A DNA stretch of 22,779 nucleotides from Actinomycetota bacterium (GTDB lineage Bacteria > Actinomycetota > Acidimicrobiia > Spongiisociales > UBA4744): positions 62,001 through 84,779 of the forward strand of contig JAADGS010000073.1 in assembly GCA_013152275.1 (NCBI GenBank), written 5' to 3'. This document shows positions 17,235-22,779 of the stretch, one piece after another. The notes below the pieces were generated by a model, which was not told the origin of the DNA, did not search any database, and saw nothing but the letters and a program-made list of their open reading frames with translations. The number at the start of each line of letters is the position of its first letter. Position 1 is the first letter of the stretch. The position numbers and the translations under genes are program-made.

Positions 17235-20048
17235 ATGATTCAACGAAACCCCACCCCGCGCCGGAGTCGGCGAGGGCTTACCTTTTTCATCTTCGTCGGG
17301 TTCGTCTTACTCCTGGCATTACGAGGCTTGGCCACGTTCTGGACCGATCTGTTGTGGTTCCGATCTGTAAACCTCGCTTCGGTGTGGGAGACGCTCATTC
17401 TCTTCAAGGTGATTCCCGCCGCCATCGGATCGGTGATTGCGTTCCTGATGCTCTGGACGAACGTGCTCATCGCCGACCGCCTCTCACCCCGGTTCCGGCT
17501 TTTCGACATGGCTCCCGAAGAGGAGTTCGTCGAGCGCATGCAGGAGTGGATCGAACCTCGGATTCGCAAGGTACGGTTGGGGGCATCGGCAGTGTTCGGC
17601 GTGCTTGTCGGTGTGAGCGCCGCCGGCTGGTGGGACAACATACTGCGCTATCTCAACCGCAGCTCATTCGGGCTGGCGGACCCGATTCTCGGCAAGGACG
17701 TTTCGTTCTACGTCTTCAAGCTGCCGCTGTACCGGGACCTGTTCGGTTGGGCGTTCCAGCTGATGCTTCTCACGACGCTGCTCGTTGGGGCAATGCACTA
17801 CCTCAACGGTGGTATCCGGCTGCTCCCCGGCAGGGCGCCGCGAGTATCCGCCGGCGTTCGGGCGCATCTGTCGGTGCTGCTGGCCGTGATCGCGATCCTC
17901 AAGGCGGTCGGCTACCGGCTCGATGCATATCAGCTGTTGTACTCGCCCCGGGGGATTGTGTATGGGGCCAGTTTTACCGACGTCAAGGCACAACTGCCCG
18001 CCTTGACGCTGCTCTCACTCATTTCCCTGTTTGCCGCCGGTCTTTTGCTGTGGAACATTCACAGTCGCGGCTGGACCCTGCCTGCCGTCGCAGTTGGAGG
18101 CTGGCTGGTGATGTCGATCATCGTCGGAGGAATCATTCCGGCTGCGGTGCAGCGGTTCCGGGTGGAACCCGCCGAGCAGATACTCGAGAAGCCGTACATC
18201 GAGAACGGCATCACCTTCACACGCCAGGCCTACGGCCTCAATAACGTTGAGGTGCGTCAGTTCGCCGCGTCGCCGAATCTGACACTCGACGATATCGAGA
18301 ACAACCGGCCGACGGTCGACAACATCAAGTTGTGGGACGCGGCGGTGCTCACCGACACGTACACCCAGCTGCAGGAGATCAGGACCTATTACGGACTCAA
18401 CGATGTCGATGTCGATCGGTACATGATCAACGGTGCGCTCACGCAGACGATGATCGCCGGGCGCGAACTCGACGAGGCCGCCGATGTCATCTCCGGATGG
18501 GTGAACGAACATCTCGTCTACACCCACGGATTCGGTGCGGTCCTGAGTCCCGCCAACGCGGTTGACGAGCAAGGCCAGCCGGTGTTCCTCGTCCAGGACG
18601 TTCCCCCTGTGGCGAGCGACCCGAGTCTCAATATCACCCAGCCGCGGATCTACTTCGGAGACACCTACTCGGATCGGTTCCTCATCGTCGGGACCAAGCA
18701 GAAGGAAGTCGACTTTCCGCTGACCCAGGAAGGTGAGTCGGTCGCTCGTAACACGTATGGCGGGTCCGGTGGTGTACCGATCGGCAGCATGTTCAACCGC
18801 GCTGCGTTCGCGCTGCGCTACTCGGATCTGAACACGGTGATCTCGAATCAGCTCACCACAGACTCGAAGACGCTGATGATTCGCAACGTCTCCGCTCGTC
18901 TGCGCACCGCCGCACCGTTCCTGCGGGTGGACTCGGACCCGTACCTGGTCGATGTCGGCGGACGGCTCATCTGGGTCGTCGACATGTACACGGTGTCGGA
19001 TGCGTACCCGTACGCGGAGCCGGCGTCGATCAACCGACTCGGTATCGGCGCGGGGACGTTGCCGAACAAGTTCAACTACGTGCGCAATACGGTGAAGGCG
19101 ACCGTCGATGCGTATGACGGCACGATGCGGTTCTACGTCGTCGACGACAGTGACCCGATCATCCGCGCCTATCGGGCTGCGTTCCCGGATTTGTTCTCCG
19201 ACGGGTCCACGATGCCGGAGGATCTCGTGGCGCATCTGCGCTATCCGGAGGATCTGTTCCGTGTACAGAGTGACATGTACCTGCGGTTCCACATGACCGA
19301 ACCCGACGTGTTCTACAACAGTGAGGACGAGTGGGAAGAACCGCTCGACCCGTCCAACGCAGGAAACCAGGACAAGCTTCGTGGCGAGTACCTCGATCCG
19401 ACGTGGGCCAGGCCGATGCTGCCGTACTACCTGCTGATGCGTCTTCCCGAAGAACAGCGGCTCTCCTACCTCATCCTGCAACCGTTCCTGCCGGTCGAGC
19501 GTCCGAACATGGCCTCGTTCCTCATCGCGAAGTCGGGTCCTGAGGACTACGGCAAACTGATCGACTATCGCCTGCCCCGCACCGGGTTCGTCGACGGGCC
19601 CAACCAGGTCGACGCACGTATCGATCAGAACCCGCAGGTGTCCCAGCAGATCACGCTGTGGAACCAGCAGGGATCGAAGGTGATTCGGGGCGATCTGCTC
19701 GTGGTGCCGATCGAATCGTCACTCCTGTACATTCAGCCGGTCTATCTGCAGGCTGCAAAGGTGCCCCTGCCGCAATTCAAGCGGGTCGTTGCGGTGTTCA
19801 ACGAAGAAGTTGTGATGCGTAAGACCCTGGCCGAGGCGCTCCAAGACCTGTTTGCGGGCGGGGAGACGTCTGCTACTTCCACTGAACCGGTTGGCGACCA
19901 GACGGCACCCGATCTGCTCGACCAGGCCGCCGAGGCGTTCTCTCAGGCGGAGACCGCGCTGCGGGCGGGGGATCTGGGGACCTATCAGGCCAAGATCGAA
20001 GAGGCCAGGGGGCTCATCGAGCAGGCGAGGAAGCTGCTCGGCGGCTGA
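17235..20048 (+). CDS. UPF0182 family integral membrane protein
   Basis: WTDLLWF, DP..GKDVSFYVFKLP, GASFTDV.AQLP, EKPYI..I.FTR.AYGL, QLQEIR.YY, DVDRY, HLVYTHGFG, QPRIYFG, NYVRNTVKATVDAYDG, HLRYPEDLF, G.LLVVPI..SLLYIQPVY. Confidence 0.95.
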   Translation: MIQRNPTPRRSRRGLTFFIFVGFVLLLALRGLATFWTDLLWFRSVNLASVWETLILFKVIPAAIGSVIAFLMLWTNVLIADRLSPRFRLFDMAPEEEFVERMQEWIEPRIRKVRLGASAVFGVLVGVSAAGWWDNILRYLNRSSFGLADPILGKDVSFYVFKLPLYRDLFGWAFQLMLLTTLLVGAMHYLNGGIRLLPGRAPRVSAGVRAHLSVLLAVIAILKAVGYRLDAYQLLYSPRGIVYGASFTDVKAQLPALTLLSLISLFAAGLLLWNIHSRGWTLPAVAVGGWLVMSIIVGGIIPAAVQRFRVEPAEQILEKPYIENGITFTRQAYGLNNVEVRQFAASPNLTLDDIENNRPTVDNIKLWDAAVLTDTYTQLQEIRTYYGLNDVDVDRYMINGALTQTMIAGRELDEAADVISGWVNEHLVYTHGFGAVLSPANAVDEQGQPVFLVQDVPPVASDPSLNITQPRIYFGDTYSDRFLIVGTKQKEVDFPLTQEGESVARNTYGGSGGVPIGSMFNRAAFALRYSDLNTVISNQLTTDSKTLMIRNVSARLRTAAPFLRVDSDPYLVDVGGRLIWVVDMYTVSDAYPYAEPASINRLGIGAGTLPNKFNYVRNTVKATVDAYDGTMRFYVVDDSDPIIRAYRAAFPDLFSDGSTMPEDLVAHLRYPEDLFRVQSDMYLRFHMTEPDVFYNSEDEWEEPLDPSNAGNQDKLRGEYLDPTWARPMLPYYLLMRLPEEQRLSYLILQPFLPVERPNMASFLIAKSGPEDYGKLIDYRLPRTGFVDGPNQVDARIDQNPQVSQQITLWNQQGSKVIRGDLLVVPIESSLLYIQPVYLQAAKVPLPQFKRVVAVFNEEVVMRKTLAEALQDLFAGGETSATSTEPVGDQTAPDLLDQAAEAFSQAETALRAGDLGTYQAKIEEARGLIEQARKLLGG

Positions 20049-20057
20049 CCCCAAACC

Positions 20058-20106
20058 GTTCTCGTGACGGTTGGGCCGGATTAACCGCACGAGGCGTCAC
20101 GAGAAC
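20058..20106. repeat. 49-bp palindromic element / bidirectional terminator candidate between convergent genes
   Basis: Perfect 12-bp IR GTTCTCGTGACG … CGTCACGAGAAC with a 25-nt spacer. Confidence 0.7.
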
Positions 20107-20116
20107 AGGTGGATGC

Positions 20117-20671
20117 TCACTCTTGCGCCATCAGGACGGCGTGCGCTGCCAGCTCGGCAAGCTCGAGCCGGTCGAACGCCTCATCGAGATCCGACCCGAC
20201 GGCGACCACACCATGCCCGTACAGCAGCACGATGACCGCCCCGTCGGCAACGGCTGCACCGACGGCTCGACCGAGCTCTTCACTGCCGCTGGGAGCAAAG
20301 TCGACGGTGGCGAAGAGGCCGACCGCTTCGGCGAGTTCAGGGAGCCGTGCAGTGAGGTCGAGTTCGCGCAGGCCTGCAGCGATGAGCGCCGGTGCGTGGG
20401 CGTGAAGAACCGCCCCGACGTCGGGATTCGCAAGGTATGCGGCGCGATGAAGCGGGAGTTCGGTGCTGGCCCGAGTCGACGTCTCGTCCGAGTCGAGCCG
20501 AACGGCGACGAGGTCGGTCGGGCGGAGGGTGTCCTTGCGGGTGCCGCGAGGGGTGATGAGGATCGTGTCGGCGATCCGCGCCGACAGGTTGCCGGCGCGT
20601 CCGGCGATCAGACCGGCACCGTGCATGCTCTTGCCGATACGGCAGATCCCGGAGCGGATGTCGTACCTCAT
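20117..20671 (-). CDS. Class II aldolase/adducin family protein (FucA/Ald2-like)
   Basis: GNLSAR, ITPRG, STELPLH..AY, AVLHAH, LL.GHGV (metal-binding His residues). ATGA overlap with the mtnA stop. Confidence 0.88.
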   Translation of the reverse strand: MRYDIRSGICRIGKSMHGAGLIAGRAGNLSARIADTILITPRGTRKDTLRPTDLVAVRLDSDETSTRASTELPLHRAAYLANPDVGAVLHAHAPALIAAGLRELDLTARLPELAEAVGLFATVDFAPSGSEELGRAVGAAVADGAVIVLLYGHGVVAVGSDLDEAFDRLELAELAAHAVLMAQE

Positions 20672-21699
20672 GGGAGGGTCTGCTCGAACGGTGGCGTGGC
20701 GATGCCCATCTCGGTGACGATCCCGGTGATCAGTGCGGCAGGAGTGACGTCGAATGCCGGATTCCAGACGTCGGCGGTCTCCGGGGCGGTGAGCGTCCCG
20801 AACCCACGGCGGACTTCGTCGGCGGAGCGCTGCTCGATGGGGATGTCCTCGCCGGTCGGTGTGGCGTGATCGATCGTGGAGGTGGGGGCGAACGAGTAGA
20901 AGGGAATGCCGTGGTGGCGGGCGAGGACGGCGAGCGGGTAGGTGCCGATCTTGTTGGCGACGTCACCATTTGCGGCGATCCGGTCGGCGCCGACGAAGAC
21001 GACATCGGGCGGTTGGCGGCTGAACAGGGCACCGGCCATCGAGTCGGTGATGACGGTGACGTCGATGCCCGCCTGGTCGAGTTCCCATGCGGTGAGACGG
21101 CTGCCTTGGAGGAGCGGACGGGTCTCGTCGGCGTAGACGTGAATGGCCCAGCCACGTTCATGGGCGAGATAGATGGGGGCGAGGGCCGTGCCGATACCGC
21201 CGGTGGCGAGTGCCCCGGTGTTGCAGTGCGTGTGCACGGTGGCACCGTCGCGCAGGAGCGTGAGGCCGTGCTCGCCGATGCGCCGGCACATGGAGCGGTC
21301 TTCGTCGTGGATGGCGGCGGCCTCGTCGGTGAGAGCTTGGGCGAGGTCGTCGGGCCGGTGGGAGACGACGGATCGCATACGGTCGATCGCCCAGGTGAGG
21401 TTGACGGCGGTGGGGCGGGTGACGGCGAGGCGGTCCGCCCACCGGTCGACGGCGCCGGCGAGAGCGGCCTGATCGAGGCGGCCGGCGGCCTGGTTGGCCA
21501 GCGCGGCGATGCCCATGGCGGCGGTGATGCCGATCAGCGGTGCGCCCCGCACACGAAGCGAGACGATCGCTTCTGCGATCTCCTCGACGGTTTCGAGTTG
21601 CTGCTCTTGTCGCCGTTGAGGCAGCAGGGTCTGATCGAGGATGATCAGGGCCGTGCGGCCGTCGGCCCAGCGAATGGTTGTGATGGGTTCGTGCGTCAC
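20668..21699 (-). CDS. mtnA: S-methyl-5-thioribose-1-phosphate isomerase
   Basis: ILDQTLLP, VRGAPLIG, TRPTAVNL, THCNTGALAT.GIGTA, DETRPLLQGSRLTAWEL, VGADRIAANGD.ANKIGTY, NPAFDVTP. GTG 21699 preferred over 21759, which overlaps the tRNA promoter. Confidence 0.95.
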   Translation of the reverse strand: MTHEPITTIRWADGRTALIILDQTLLPQRRQEQQLETVEEIAEAIVSLRVRGAPLIGITAAMGIAALANQAAGRLDQAALAGAVDRWADRLAVTRPTAVNLTWAIDRMRSVVSHRPDDLAQALTDEAAAIHDEDRSMCRRIGEHGLTLLRDGATVHTHCNTGALATGGIGTALAPIYLAHERGWAIHVYADETRPLLQGSRLTAWELDQAGIDVTVITDSMAGALFSRQPPDVVFVGADRIAANGDVANKIGTYPLAVLARHHGIPFYSFAPTSTIDHATPTGEDIPIEQRSADEVRRGFGTLTAPETADVWNPAFDVTPAALITGIVTEMGIATPPFEQTLP

Positions 21700-21706
21700 G
21701 GTTGCG

Positions 21707-21712
21707 ACCCTA
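21707..21712 (-). promoter_or_regulatory. Candidate -10 box (TAGGGT) for a leaderless mtnA transcript
   Basis: TAGGGT on the minus strand, 7 nt before GTG 21699; no SD sequence. Confidence 0.55.
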
Positions 21713-21731
21713 GTAGCTGCCTGGTGCGCCT

Positions 21732-21760
21732 TTGCGGTTGCCCCGGCGGGCGCGTACACT
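21732..21760 (+). promoter_or_regulatory. Housekeeping-sigma promoter of tRNA-fMet
   Basis: TTGCGG (21732-21737), 17-bp spacer, TACACT (21755-21760). Confidence 0.65.
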
Positions 21761-21771
21761 CACCGCTGCGA

Positions 21772-21845
<74 letters not shown>

Positions 21846-21855
21846 CGAACGAAAT

Positions 21856-21883
21856 CCCCGGTCAGACGTGTGCCTGGCCGGGG
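21856..21883 (+). terminator. Stem-loop downstream of the tRNA
   Basis: CCCCGGTCAG … CTGGCCGGGG, a 10-bp stem with one G-U pair. Confidence 0.65.
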
Positions 21884-21958
21884 CTTCTACCGTCTCGCGG
21901 CGGTCTTCTACCGTGGCTTCTACCGTTTGGCGGTGCTCTTCTACCGTCGCTTCTACCG
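21884..21958. repeat. Five exact CTTCTACCG direct repeats, candidate integrase arm-type sites
   Basis: Copies start at 21884, 21905, 21917, 21938 and 21950 (spacing 21/12/21/12). Confidence 0.85.
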
Positions 21959-22779
21959 GCCGTTGGCGATCAGCCTCTCGAAGACGCGTGCCGCTTGGGC
22001 TTGCGTGCCAAGCAGGACGTGTTGGTAGGTGTCGATGGTGAACGCCGGGTTGTTTGACGGGGACGCCTTCTTTGATCAGCAGGGTGCCGTGGGTGTGGCG
22101 GAGGTCATGGAGTCGGATCTTGGGGGCGCCGGCCTGAGCGACGATCCGTTCGAAGGCCTGGGAGATCGAGTGGGGTGGATCGGGTTGCCCTCGACGTCGG
22201 CGAACACCCATCGGGTTGGTTCGATCCCCGCGGCGTTCCGTTCGGCTTGCTGCCACGCCTTGAGGGCGGAGAGGACCTTGACGGTGGTCGCGTCGAGGTC
22301 GACCGCGCGCCGCGAGTTGCTGGTCTTGCCTCGTGAGCCATAGAGATCGTAACCGACGGACACGAGGCCCCGGTTGACCGAGAGGGTGGCGGCGTCGAGG
22401 TCGACATCCGTCCATTGCAGGCCGAGGAGTTCGCTGCGGCGCAGCCCGGTGGTGGCGAGAAGCCACAGGGCGGGAAACAGCCGGTGGCCGGCGGCTTGGC
22501 GCAGAAACGCCTGGAGTTCGGGGGCTGTCCAGGCCTGCTGTTCCACCTTGGGGATCGACCGCATCTTGGGGGCGTGAGCAACGAGCGCCACGTCTCAAGA
22601 CACAATGCCGCGGCGTACGGCGTCGTTGAGGGCACCCCGGATGATCAGATGCAGCTCCAGCACCGTCTTGGGGGCCGACGGCCGGGTGTCGTCGGTGGGA
22701 TGCAGCTTGGAGTCATACAGCGCCTCGAGGTGATCGGGTCGGAGTCGACGGATCGGGACCCTGCCGAGGGTGGGGAGGA
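21953..22779 (-). pseudogene. Tyrosine recombinase/phage-type integrase, inactivated; 5' end outside window
   Basis: Motifs TGLRRSELLGLQW, KT..SRR, HDLRHTHGT and T.DTYQH are spread over different frames. In-frame TGA at 22595-22597, 1-nt frameshift near 22172, and the LGH segment is missing near 22052. Confidence 0.9.

Larger units (their letters stand above)
21846..22779. mobile_element. Edge of a decayed integrative element/genomic island at the tRNA-fMet 3' end
   Basis: The integrase 3' end points at the tRNA 3' end with a repeat cluster between them. The second att copy is not in the window. Confidence 0.65.

Noticed and set aside
18015..19481. 488-aa minus-strand ORF, and similar long antisense ORFs at 2001-2936, 12256-13254, 16052-17173 and 20866-21810
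   Set aside because: Each lies opposite a well-supported gene and has no domain signature.
21884..21958. Possible mini-CRISPR array or protein-coding repeat (TVEATVE in ORF 21843-22598)
   Set aside because: 9-bp repeats with 3- and 12-nt spacers are far too short for CRISPR and no cas genes are present. The true integrase C-terminal frame stops at 21953, so the repeats are essentially non-coding.
22595..22597. In-frame TGA as selenocysteine or programmed readthrough in the integrase
   Set aside because: Most simply a CGA-to-TGA transition; two further lesions indicate pseudogenisation.

Overview
High-GC bacterial window, probably an actinobacterium. Acidimicrobiia-like is my inference from gene content and leaderless-type promoters. 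(1) 1-4490: acyclic-terpene/branched fatty-acid catabolic genes: 5'-truncated AtuA-family gene, AtuD-like acyl-CoA dehydrogenase, TetR regulator, enoyl-CoA hydratase. (2) 4705-13458: Liv-type ABC importer with an embedded acyl-CoA ligase and a lipoprotein binding protein, then bioY and a second binding protein. (3) 13530-20048: sortase, PDZ/Lon-type protease, a 656-aa DivIVA protein and a UPF0182 membrane protein. (4) 20117-21699: mtnA plus a class II aldolase on the minus strand. (5) tRNA-fMet followed by the edge of a decayed integrative element: a triply broken tyrosine integrase and five CTTCTACCG direct repeats. The most striking observation is that the DivIVA protein ends in a domain matching the phage Mu gpF/SPP1 gp7 (MuF) head-morphogenesis motif, attached through a linker containing a 9-bp tandem repeat. 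All family calls come from motif recognition by eye; no searches were run.
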